The translations under genes and the position numbers were made by a program. This document shows, one piece after another, positions 27,698-39,919 of a DNA stretch of 64,000 nucleotides. The notes under the pieces are model-generated. The model did no database searches. It saw nothing but the letters and a program-made list of their open reading frames with translations, and was not told where the DNA came from. The DNA comes from Camelus dromedarius. Taxonomy: Eukaryota. Position 1 is the first letter of the stretch. The number at the start of each line of letters is the position of its first letter. The stretch covers positions 42,534,001 to 42,598,000 of the forward strand of contig NC_087436.1 of assembly GCF_036321535.1 (NCBI RefSeq). Direction: 5' to 3'.

Positions 27698-27770
27698 TGA
27701 ATGGAGGTAGTCAAACACATCACTAAATCAGGAGGACCAGGCAGACGGGAAACCAGAAAAACATACTCCT
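27698..27770 (+). repeat. 73-bp dispersed direct repeat, copy 1
   Basis: 64/73 identical, without gaps, to 28932-29004. Confidence 0.9.
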
Positions 27771-28931
27771 CTTTGGAAACTGCTCATTACAAATGAGATT
27801 TAGGCCAGATAAACTGATATTCTACTGGTTTATTCATACACCTCATTGTTCTTTTTATCCATAACACATGCTGGGGAGGGATAATTTCCATAAAGCAAGA
27901 TATATCTACTCTCTTTATGTTTTTGTGTTCCTTTAACAGAGAAACCACGTATCCTTAATTCTGACCTGCTGTCTGGTGTTGTGCCTCTTGCGAAATCTAA
28001 AGAAAAGGCCAAGAGGAAGATCTCAAGATTAAACATAGATGGCATCTTTTTTCAAGGATGGAAATTTGGCTATAAGTTAGTATTGAATTTCTGGCAGTTA
28101 TTCATTTATCTATTCAACTAATGTATTTGTAATCTAGACAAAGTAGGATGACACGAAGTCCTAAAACTTTGAGCATATTACCAAATAGCTGCAGCCTTGC
28201 GATTTAGTAATGTGAATTTAAAAAGAATAAGAAATTCTCTAGTTCTCCTCTCATAATCATATTGCCTAGAGCAAGCAATCAGATACAAATCTCAGAAATA
28301 AAAGAAAAACCAATTAATCTATTTATGCCTTGGAGAGCTAAGCAAAGTGAGAATGCCTCTAATTTGTTTTGCTTTGATAAATCCTATGAGCTTTATACCT
28401 TGTCAAAAGATTGCCCTCTTTTCATAACAACTTGATAGATGGTTTTATAAATCTTGCATTTATAATTTAACATTGGAATAAGGCAATTCAGGATCCTCAT
28501 CAATTATTTTATAGGTCATAAAATTGGTATTTAGTGACTTGCTTAAGGTTTACCTGCAAATCAGTAGTTAGAATAATCAGATCCTTATCTTACTTAAACA
28601 ATATTACCCTCTTACACCAAAGAAGTTTTCCAGTAATAAAAAGTACATTTACTATTTTATCTGTTGTATTTTCTCCCCTGCAGGCTACAGGCTTTACCAC
28701 ATTTTTTGTTGCTGGGGGAGTGGGGACAGAGGATGCCCAATTCTGTTTTATAGATCCTTAGGAAAGGGAGTCTGTAGGTAGAAAAACATTCCATTGAGAT
28801 ACGTATGAAACCCAAGCCAAATTAGCCGCAGCATTGGGAAGTTTATTCTTGTTTCTTTCTGCTTAACCTATATGGTCATTGATAAAATAATATTTCTAAA
28901 ATAGACTTTTGAAAGCCTCTGAATAGCACTT

Positions 28932-29004
28932 TGAATGGAGGGAGTCAAATATGTCACTAAATCAAGAGGATCAGGCAGGCGGGAAACCAGAAAAATATAC
29001 CCCT
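28932..29004 (+). repeat. 73-bp dispersed direct repeat, copy 2
   Basis: 64/73 identical, without gaps, to 27698-27770. Confidence 0.9.
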
Positions 29005-29184
29005 GAAACAAAAATATGTTTATTTCTCCTCTAACAAAAATGTAAGGAGGTCTGGACAGTGAGTTGCTTTCTGTGTATATGTGTATATTTGGAGTGTGTA
29101 TAATTTCTTAGTTTTTTAGTTTTTTTAATAGTTTAATTTTGCTGCTTATTTTAATACTAAGTCATGTAAAGTGGTTAGAATAGG

Positions 29185-29320
29185 CATATATACGTATACA
29201 TATATATATATATATACACTTTTATTCTTCACAGTAATCCTATGAGAAATGAATTATTATCCTTATTTTACAGATTAAGAAATTGAAGCCCCTAAAATGC
29301 AAATAACTTGCCATGAACAT
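29185..29320 (-). mobile_element. MIR fragment with adjacent (TA)n microsatellite
   Basis: ttcttcacagtaatcctatgag...ttattatccttattttacagattaagaaattgaag. Confidence 0.7.
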
Positions 29321-30879
29321 GACTGCCTTATATTTCAACAACACCACTTAAATTTGCAGTTCATATATCACAAGTAAACTATTTCTTGAAGGGTTTTCAT
29401 GTACTATAAAATAAGCAGCAAGGGAAAATTCCCCAAATACTGATATTTTAAATTAAAATATAATTCCCCATTTAATATATTCTGCTTCCTTGAGATTAAA
29501 CAACAAAATACAATGTGAATATGCATTTAGGATCAAATCCAAGTTAGGCATTTTCATTAGAAATTAACAGATTTTCACATGAATCATTACTTGGAAATTT
29601 TTCACCTATCATACATAAATAGCAAAGATTTTTATATGAAGTAAAAAAGATATAAAATCTGTCTTTTTCTTTCCTCTTTTCTCTCTAGACCTTAATTTTT
29701 CCTTTTTCCAAATATAAGTGCTTTCAAAATTATTTTTATTACTTTACTTTTGTATACAATCCAGAAAGTATTGAATTGTACCTGTGAATACTTGTGCGAC
29801 AGCAATTTCTTGTTAGAGTGATCGTAATAATAATTACACAGTCAGATATGGTCTAGACAAGTCTTTCATTTGTCATTTTAAAGTAACACAGTTCTACTCC
29901 GGATGTTAGAACACATACCTCCACCCAGGTGTGGGATGCATGATCACTTCCCAAGAGAGGGCTTAAAGCCCATCCTTTCCAGGTGTTCGGTGTTTTTTTG
30001 GCAGTCTTCAATTTGCTTCTTCCACAGGGAACAGCAGAATTCCAAACACCTCACTCATAACTTTCAAGGTAGATCTCATTGTTTGGAAAAAAAATATTGT
30101 GACTTTAAAAAGCTACTGCCAAAATTTTAGAATATTTACGCAGAGCCCAGTATGAATCACAGGGAATCATTCTGTGGCCAAAGGCTGACTCTAATAATCT
30201 AACTTGGTGAGCAGGTCATTGAAAGTGTTTTCCCTTACTTTATGCTAATCTTTCTAGAGGGTGGGGAGAGGGGGTGCCATAACCAAATATCAACAGGATC
30301 AGTTTTTCTATAGTTTTTAAAGACATCTAGAGAAAAGTGATGCCTGTGAAATCATATTTTAGAGCTTAAAAAGAAGCCATGGCTTTGCCCATCTCTCTCA
30401 GGTATGCTAGCAATGGTAGTGTGACAGAGGCTTTTTTTTCTGCTCCTGTCCGTCTAACTTACACTCTACACTGGGCCAACTTATAACATAAATGTGCAGT
30501 CCCTGCTTTTATTTTTTATGATAATGGTAAAAGCATTCATTTTTCCCTGTTGCCCCTATGTCTCTGTATTTTTTAACACTGAGACTTGTGTGTGCTTAGT
30601 TTTTCCATTTACACAATTCCATTATGAACAATTGAGCTCATTTTTTCATTTCACTGATTATTCATATCCCATTTTTAAAATTGACTATGAAGTTAAAATT
30701 CCTATGCTTCTTTCACTTTCAATTAAAAATGGAATTATTTATTGAACAAATGAGAAAAAGGCAGCAAAACATGGTAGAAATCACTCTAGACCTGAGTTAA
30801 AGGATCTCAGTCTAAAATGCAACTCACTAACACTATCCATAAAAGTGTTTCTAGATCTCAAATTCTGTGTCCAATACTG

Positions 30880-31660
30880 AAATAATATGGTACACAAAAC
30901 ATTCATTTTCTCTGCTCTGATGACACAGTCTGGGGAGGAAGACAAGTAATAAAATAATCACACAAATAAAAATATAATTACAAAATGGGACAAATGCATT
31001 AGAATGTAGAGAAAATTTGACTGCATCAGAAAGGTTAAAGAATGCTTCCTAGAGGAGGTGATATCTGACCCAAAATACGAAGAGGTTGGACATAGGGAGA
31101 AGAGAACACCAGTCCAGGCAGAGGAAAGTCTTTAAGGGAAGGCCCTGAAGTAGCAGAGTAGTTTAAAAAAGGAACTTTAGGCCCCTAGGTAAGCAAAAGA
31201 GAGGATCCAGATGTGATAGGAGAGGCCAGATCCTGCAAGATCTAGGAGGACTTGTTAGCAATTTTGGTCTCAATGTTAACAGCAATGCAAAGAAATGGAA
31301 TTGGTGTCATCAGACTTGCATTTAAACAAATTACTGTGCCTACTCTGTGGAGAATGGGTTAGAAAGGTGCAAGAGCAAAATCAGGGAAGAGACTTTTATA
31401 AGAATCCAGAAGATAAATTATGGTCATTTGGACCAGAGAGGTGTTTAACAGAAAGAAAATAAAGTAAGTGGATTCAAATATTCTTTACTTTAAGAGTAAA
31501 ATGAATAGAACTTTATGATGGATTGGATGTAGTAGATGAGAGCACCAACAGGGACTTACAGGTTTGGGGCTTGCATATTACCATAGCCTGAAATGGATCA
31601 TATTTGCAGGAAAAGTTATGAGTCTGGAATTATATGACTATATTTGAGGTATCTTTGAAC
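30880..31660 (-). mobile_element. L2 LINE fragment
   Basis: Purine-rich antisense L2 3' region (gcttcctagaggaggtgatatctga, tactctgtggagaatggg). Confidence 0.7.
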
Positions 31661-32325
31661 CATAGCTTTCAAACTGAGGCTTGTAGGGGCTCACTTTCTG
31701 TATCTCTAAAATGAAAGAGTGAGTAAATCATCTCTAAGACCCTTCCAGCCATATACTCTGATTTTATTCCTTCTCCTTTAAACCTTATCTATAGGAGAAA
31801 CTAGAAAACTGAATGTCCTTGTTCCATTTAAGGCCTGATTATAATCATAAACTTTTAGAACTGGGGAAAAAAACCTTTATCCTAATCTTGACTAAGTATA
31901 TTTTCAAAGTGTAGAGGAAAAGATCTTTGGGGTTCAAACTGTCAACATAGTTTATTGTTCTTGGCCCTAAACTGAATACAGCATCTAATTCCCTAAACAG
32001 TTCCTCTGCCTGTTGCTCTCAAACACTTTTACAGTTCTCTCTTCCATCAGGGGAGGGTGGAACAGTGATAACCAAGAACAGGTAAAAACAGAATGCCATC
32101 AAAAATGCAGAAAGGCAGTAAATATACAAAAAATAAAAGGTCAGTAAGAGTAAATTTTACAGTCAAGTCTACAAATGTATTAAATAGTGCATACATTTCA
32201 GCAAATGTCAATCATAATTAGCTCAAGACAACACTACATTTGCAGAGATAACACAGGGTCCTTCCAGAAAATGACAGTAATTCCAACTATCTACATAAAC
32301 ATGTTAGAAGTAGGAATTCAGTTTC

Positions 32326-32420
32326 TGTGGAAGGCAGCCTCTAAGATGACCCCCAATGACCCCTACCTGCTGGCATTCACACCCTTGAATGAATTGCACC
32401 CTTTCTGGATTGCACTGTGT
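32326..32420 (+). mobile_element. MaLR LTR 5' fragment (MLT1-type)
   Basis: tgtggaaggcagcctctaagatgacccccaatgacccctacctgctggcattcacaccctt. Confidence 0.65.
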
Positions 32421-34104
32421 CCTTAACGCCACACCTAAAGGCCAAGAGTACATCAGCAAAATATTACTCACTTATATTACATGCATAGCAGAACTTTCAA
32501 TTTTTATTTGTTCTCTGAAAGATTCACCTGTCAGTAGGAAGAAGCAGTACAAACTCCAGCTATGACTCCAAACACAAGAAAATTATATACCCTAAATATA
32601 TCTCCATGTTTTCTCTTGACAGTATCATTCATCCCCACATCAACTGTATATATCTCCACCTGAACTTTGAAAAACCTTAGGAGGATAGAAATAACATGTT
32701 AACATGGTAATCACACTTTGAAGCCCCTGTGATATGCCAATTCTTTCATATAATCTTCACAAGAACTTTATAAAGGACAAGCTAAGCACATTGTTCAGGG
32801 TCTTATCTAGGAACTACTAAAGCAGAGCTTGTATACTTCTGGTTCTGATTCTGCCATTTTTCCATGGTCCTGTTCCCACCTCTCAAAGACATGACTGAAG
32901 AAGTGGCATCCAACTTCCCAAAGAGGCTACATTCAATATCACCAGCTATCATAAGTCTTTGTCTCCTCGCAGGACCAGTAGCAGATTTCCTTGCATCTTT
33001 CAGAGTTGGGGATGCTTCCTTTTGTTTGGGAGTTCTCAAAAAAGAGAGAGAGAGACCCTTCAAAGAATGCCTCCAGTGGTCCAGAATGGCTTTTATTTCT
33101 ATCTCTGTCAATTTATTTTCTCTCTCATATTCTCTCTTTCTGTCTCCTCCTCTCCTCTTTCCCTCCCTCCCTCCCCTTCTCTCACTGTCTCCTATTGCCA
33201 GATGTGTATTCCTTTCATATTATTGAGATCTTTACATTCTTTTCTCTTTTGTTTTCACTTCCTGCTTTAACACCAGCAACCCTTCACTCTCTAGACCTGT
33301 AGACTGTGGAGAAGTGCTCCTTAAGCCCTTTCCCTCTCTCAAGCATTCTGTACAATCTGGTTATGATACTGGTGTTCACCTTCAGCAGGAAGGAGAAACT
33401 CTCCCACCAGCCACCCAAACAGCCTTCCAGCTTTCATCTTTAGTTAGGGGTGGCATTCCTAATCTTGTTTCTTGGGGCACAGCTATCAACAACTTGTTTG
33501 ACTAACTGTGCAATAGAAAAACAAATACATACATTAAATACGTTCTGTTTAACCTGATTTGAGCAGGGTTTCATTTTAGTTTTCCACAGGGGGATGGAAG
33601 GGTAGGGTTGGCAGAGTTATTTTTCAATTTGGGTTCCATATTCCTAAAGATGAAAGAATCTCTGCTCAGCCAGCTAAACTGCACATTAATTCTTCAACCC
33701 ATCCTTTCTGGGAAGGTAACACAGTCCTCTCAGGTGAGTTAGCTCTCAACCACAGACACTGTCCTGTAAGCCAATGTGCCATTGCATTCTGCAGCCACAT
33801 TGCCAACTGTGAAAGTAGACTTGGCTAAATGGTCAAAACTTCACTACTCTTTATTCTAGTGTTTGTTGCAACGTATAACCTCAATATTTGTTGAGGGGAG
33901 ATAAAAGAGCAAATTAGTGAATATAAGAATTATCTCAGTGTGCCTGTGAAAGACAAAAGCAATTTTTTTCAGCCACACATTTGATGGAACTTGGCAGCCC
34001 CCAAAACTTCCCAATCAATCTCTCACATTCAAAGGGCAGGGGGACGGAGGGTGGAGTTCATAGAGGCATTTTTCAAAGCTAAGAAACAATATCAAAGATC
34101 CCAG

Positions 34105-34658
34105 TGTTGCAGAAAAAATGCGTTACAGCTCGGTGTTACAGCTCAGCTGTGACAGCAACCTGGATCCGGGTGAGAGACCAAGCAGCACTCAGAGAGTTGG
34201 AGAACTCAGGTTTATTACACCAACAGGCACAGAGGAGTTAACACTCCAAGCTCTGGACCCTGTGTGTAGGTTTACACAGGCTTTTATAGGCTGCCAGTTT
34301 ATACTTTGCAACATCATATGCAAGTAAGGTATAACAAAAGTTGACTAATTAGGAACAAGCTTTGTAGAAATGGATCAATCAGGAGGGAGAGAAATAACCA
34401 ATCAGGAGTGAGCTCCATGCAAATAAAGTACTACAAATGGACCAATCAGAAGTTAGGGAAATGGACCTATCAGTAGTGAAGGAAATAACCAATCAGGAGT
34501 AAGCTCAGGGAACCAATAGAATTTTAGGGGTAAGTAAGCCGTTTTAGAGGCAAAAAGTGAGATAGAGCTTCCAGGTCAGGGAACTGGATGGTGCTGACAG
34601 GAGAGTAGTGGCCCTGCCTGGGGGTCCTGCTGGTCTTTTTATGCAGCTTTCCACCTCA
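34105..34658 (-). mobile_element. Solo ERV LTR, 554 bp (ERV1-like)
   Basis: TG...CA termini, perfect 4-bp TSD CCAG (34101-34104 and 34659-34662), minus-strand TATAAAA (34282-34288) and AATAAA (34211-34216). Confidence 0.88.
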
Positions 34659-37258
34659 CCAGGACCTTGATACTCACTGAAGAAAATTAGACACAATGCA
34701 GAAGAAGACCCTGGTTCCAAACAACATTGATTTCCACGGCCCCTCTTCCTGCAGCTGATATTTATTAAGTACTTGCTATAGAACAGATACTGTGTTAAGC
34801 CCTAGGCCTAGAACAGTGAACAAAATCTGACAGTCCCTACTCCAGTGGGGGCGAGGAATGGGCATTAATCAAATACACTATTATAAGTCAAAACAAACAG
34901 TCTGGACAAAAGGAATACGGGGTAGATGGAGGGCAGGATTGGTGCATTATCTGCTCTGCGATTTTTTAAAAATAAAATTGCTGAAAGCAGAAAATCAACT
35001 GAAGAAAAGCCAAGTAATTAGTCACTTTGCAAGGGAACTGATTTTTTAATATTACATGGAAGAAATCTCATCTTATGTGCACTTGTCTGAAACTTTGAAA
35101 AACAAATTTTATATTCCATAAGGGAAAATATGTAAGCTGAGCAACATCAAGGCAAAGTTACTCTATGTTCATGGTACTTTTGATGTATCATTGTGTATTC
35201 TTTTCATACATGTTTTAACTGGAGTTGGGCCTGAGTGAGTGTCAGGCAAGTACCCCTTGTTAAAACTTGCTCTAATCATTTGCTCTAATAAAGCTTCAGG
35301 ATATGGTTACTCGGAAACCAGATTCAACTAGTTGTATGTTATTTCTGAATCAAAGTACTAGGTCAACAACACGGATTCTTAAAAGGAATCACAAATACAA
35401 AATATACCTTGTCATAATAGATTCCTCTAGTTATTTCCAGAAAATAACAGTTACTTATATTTAACTGATATACATGATATAAAAATGCTCAAATTAGAAT
35501 AGTATGGGAAAATAATATCTTTTTATTTAGTGATTTAAATAAAATATATTCAAAATGTATGAGATAACTCTCCCATTTTAATCTTTCCATCTTTATGTAA
35601 TTATATTTGTATATTTACTGTTTCTAAAAAGTCAATTACTCTTCCATTATTGCTCTACAATCTTTTCCCATTTAATCTCAAATTATTTGAAACACCACTG
35701 TTTGCTTACCAGCCCCTATACAGTCTAAAGTCCACTCAGAAAGTTTCTAACATTATATTTACTTCCTTCCCTTGCATTTTGACTTTTTCTACTTCACAAG
35801 GTATAAACTGTAAATTCTCTCATTACAAATGTCATTAAAGTTTACAGCAGTGAGGGAAAGAATGCTTAACCAAATCAGAATTATTTTCCACCTATCAGTT
35901 TATAAATTCGAAAAGTTCCCATCACACTAGCTGCACACCTGTAATTATTGGTTATTTTATGTTGAATTCAAATACTCATAAATTAATTGGATAGTTCCAC
36001 AAGAAAGATACTATGTGATTAAATGTATATTTACATGTAAGTTTTTTCCTAAAACTATTAACATATCATCATAAAGGAAATACAGATTCCTTAAATTCAT
36101 TCATATCAAAAGAAATTTATGAATATTACAAGACTAGTTTCCAGCTGTTATTAAACTGAAAGAAAAAGAATAAATACCTTCATTTTATTTCCAAAAGCTT
36201 TTAAGGTGATATTTTTTATAAATTAGAGTCAAACTGTACTTTATAACCAGACTTTATGACTCAGAATTCTCAATATGCTAACAGAAACATCTGCAAAAAA
36301 TCTACTTTTTTATTTATTATGGAAAGTAAAAACAAAATAGCCACAAGGGGAAACATGACATATAAAATCTTATTCTTATGAGCCAGATCTTTGAAATGAA
36401 AAGGAAATTATATCAATAACAGTAATGTTTAAAACAAAAAAGTGCCTTTCTCATGGTATTATTTTAATATGAAAATCTGAGAAAAAACTTTTTAAAATTA
36501 GGAATGTCATTTTAAAAGACATTTCAAAAACTCTTATCAGCAAAATTAGTGTACCCCATTTTGGACAAGGAATAATGCAAAACATCTGCATTTGTTTTAA
36601 TGTTGCCAAAAGACGATATTATTACTACAGTGGACCCAGCAACTTAGAATCAAAAGCTTCCTAAGAGGCTAAGGGTGGGTGCTAAGCATTGTATTCTATT
36701 CCATTATAATGTAAGAGCATATTACTGCCAATTCCACTTTTTTTCTGAAAATCAAATTCCTTCTGAATAACTGAGTGTAAGAACTGTCCTCATTTATGAT
36801 ATCTTTACAGAGGGCTATGCTTTTTAACTTTTTCTAAGTTATACTCTTCCAGCATTTAATTTATTAAAAAGAAGGAAGACACCTACTTAAAAAAAAAAAA
36901 TAAAAAAAAGAAGGAAGACACCTCCTTAAAAAAAAAAATAAAGAGCATGATGTCATGAAAAAGGAAAGTATGAAAGCAGACGCAAAAGAGAGGTCCTCCT
37001 TTCCTTGCCTCTTTAGTCACTGATTTGCTACGTGACCTTGAAGAGTCAACTAACAACTCAAAGCCTCCCTTTACTTGTCTATGAAGCAAATACATAGTAA
37101 TAGTTACCGCTGTTTCCAGGGTCCATGAGTCTGGGCGGGATCTTCCCATATTACATAAATACACCTCAGCTGATCCTGGCTGAACCGGGCCATAACCAAA
37201 GGGTGGGTTCCGGCACAAGCCTCAGGCCCAGCCGGACACCACTCACGAGGCGCCAGGC

Positions 37259-39630
37259 TGGAGTCCGTCCAAGAAGGCATCTTCTTCCCACGGACGCACC
37301 ACATCTACAGCTACATATGGAATAATTCCCTCTGAGAGAGACCTGAAAACTGGCTGAATGGCTCCTTCCCCTCAGAAAGTGAGAAAAGGGCCAGGTTGAG
37401 GTACTGGGAGGGGCTAAGCACGGGTCTCGCGATAACCACGCCTTTTCCGGAACCCACAGTCACGAAGGAGCTCAGAAGTCTAGAGCGTCGGTCTGAGGAG
37501 CAAAGGATTCCTTCACCGCATCAGGCCTCTCAGCTTCTTAAGGCCTGCACCTGAGAGATGAACCCCTGAAACATATTTGAAAACCAATGGGGTCACGTCC
37601 ATGAGACCCCGGACTCTGCAGGGAGTTAGAAAATGCTCTTCAAGGTCCCGCGTAGACCCACTCGCCCCAGGACCCAGTGCAGAAGCAGCGGACTGTAGGT
37701 GGAGGTTCAGTTGCTGATGTTAAAGCCTCCACCAGAGGGTCAGGGCCTGTCAGGGTACCCCCCGGGCTCGGAGGAGCGCCCCCTCCCCCTTGCTAACACC
37801 GCCTGGCGCCATTTTTCCCCTCGGTGGGCGCCATCTTCAGGCTGTCCCTCCACGCGCTCCAGGGCGCCGGGAGAACTTTTACACACGTCTGGTGCCCCGG
37901 TTTTTTGCGGCTTCAGTTTAGGGGACATCCCTTGATCACCTGGCTCTGGAGGCCCAGGATTCTTGTGTTCCTGGGACCCACGGGACTGCAACAATCGGAG
38001 AGACACTGCTCAGCTGACTGCCACCCCCACGGTGATGACTGAAGCAAACCTCCAGCTTTTCTGGGAAAGAGGCCTGGTTTTTTTCTCCTGAGGAGCAGGC
38101 TTTTCTGGTCGGCACCTTCTACAGGCTACGAAGGTGCTGTCAGGGAACAGAGGCCAGGACGCCGTCTCTGTGCTCCCGTCTCCTCACTCCAGCTCCCTGG
38201 CATCTCCCAGGAAGGAGTTTGTACCCCTGTCTGGCGCCCTGGTTTTTACAGCTGCTACCAAGGGACACCCCTACATCACTTAGCTCTGGTGAGCGGTTGG
38301 GCTTATTCTCATAGGTTTCAGAGGACTATGACCAAGGGAGAAAGAGTTCTTACACCGCTACCACTCTCAGGGCATGGCCAGAGGCAGCAGAGCCAGGAGC
38401 CCAGCTTTCTGTGAAAAGAGGCCTGTAAGCTTATAAGCAGAGCTGCAGTTTGAGGGGCAGGCTTCTAATTCAACACACATCTAAGGGCGTACTGTGACCT
38501 TCCCTGGGAGCTCAGAGGGTGGGCGCTGTCCTCACTCCCTCTGCCCTGCTCCAGAGCAGCAGCAACTCCAGGAGAAAACTCTCACGTGTGTCTGGTTTCC
38601 CAGTTTTTGAGGCTGCTGCCCAGGGGATGCCCCTTATCACCTGGTTCTGGTGGCCCGTGGGGCTTGCATTCCTGGGCCCCAGGGGACTGTAAAAATTGGA
38701 GAGAGTTCTTGGCAGGCTACCACCCCCAGGACACTGCACAGACTACAGACTGAAATGCATCCCCAGCCTTTCTGTGAAAGGCTTGTTTACTTGTCCTGGA
38801 GCTCCAGCTTGAGGGGCAGGCTTTAGGTTTGCCACAGATCTAGAAGCTATGGAGGTGGTCTCAGGAAACACAGGCTCGGGGACACCAATTTTGTGCTTTT
38901 CCTCTGCCCCATTCCAGCTGGCTCACATCTCCCAGATAGGAGCTTATACACTCATTTGGAGCCCAGATTTTCACACCTGTCACCCAGGGGCACCTCCAGA
39001 TTGCCTGGTCTGGAGGTAGCAAGATTTACAATTACGGCCCCGCAGGACTATATATATTTGCATGCTTTAAAAGCTGTTGCCTGAGGGTCTGTCTTCCAAT
39101 CAGCCTGAAACTAGGTGCTGAGATCTTTTTCTTTGGGACACTGACAGGTTTTGGCATGCCCTCAACAACTGGGAGCTATTAAAAGTAAAATAGACTGCTT
39201 GGACAACCACAAAGGTTCGAGGAGACAACCAAGAGCTAGGGCAAGATTGAATGATAAGTTTCGTCTTCCACAAGGCCACTCTTTCAAAACTGGGAGATGC
39301 AACTGTTACATTTACTACATAGAAACAAACACAGAGAATCAAGCAAAATGAGAAAAGGAATATATTCCAAACAAAAGAACAAGATGGAAACCTCAGAATA
39401 AAACCTTAATGAAATGGAGATAAGTAATTTACCTGGTAGATAGTTCAACATAATTGTCATAAGATCCTCCCTGCACTTGGGAGAAGAATGGATGAACAGT
39501 GAGAACTTCGACAAAGAGAAAATGTAAGAAAGTACCAAACAGAAGTCACAGAGCTGAAGAGTACAATAACTTAACTGAAGAATACACTGCAGGGGTTCAA
39601 CAGCAGACTAAATGAAGCAGAAGAAGGAAT
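37259..39630 (+). mobile_element. L1 5'UTR with tandem monomers plus decayed ORF1 N-terminus, 3'-truncated
   Basis: L1 5'-end motif cttcccacggacgcaccacatctacagctacatatgg; ~340-365 bp monomers; from ATG 39348 a frameshifted ORF1 (FQTKEQD, LNEMEISNLP, GRRMDE, KYQTEVTELK, LKNTLQGFNSRLNEAEE). Confidence 0.85.
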
Positions 39631-39919
39631 GGCGCCAGGCAGCTCAGGTGAGAGCACGCAGAGAAAGGTTGGGTGCACTGGGAGACAGGCTCTCTTCCAG
39701 TCACTGCAGAATCAGGAGCAGAGAGAGCAGAAGTGGAAAGGGGGGAGAAAAGAGAGGAAGGAGGGACACAAAACTAGCACATTTTGAGCAGCTGCTGTAA
39801 AATGCAAATGGCAGTGGCACCTCAGAGAACGTTGTGAGCATTGATGAGCTTGTCTCTTATTGGAAAAACTTTAGTGAAATTCCTAAAATAAGAAAGTGCT
39901 CAAAAAAAAAAATTGGTTT

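Noticed and set aside
32803..33302. Overlapping ~100-120 aa ORFs
   Set aside because: Produced by a stop-poor CT-rich low-complexity tract.
37850..39060. Regularly spaced repeats as a CRISPR-like array or satellite
   Set aside because: Mammalian DNA; the units are whole diverged monomers leading into L1 ORF1, with no unique spacers.
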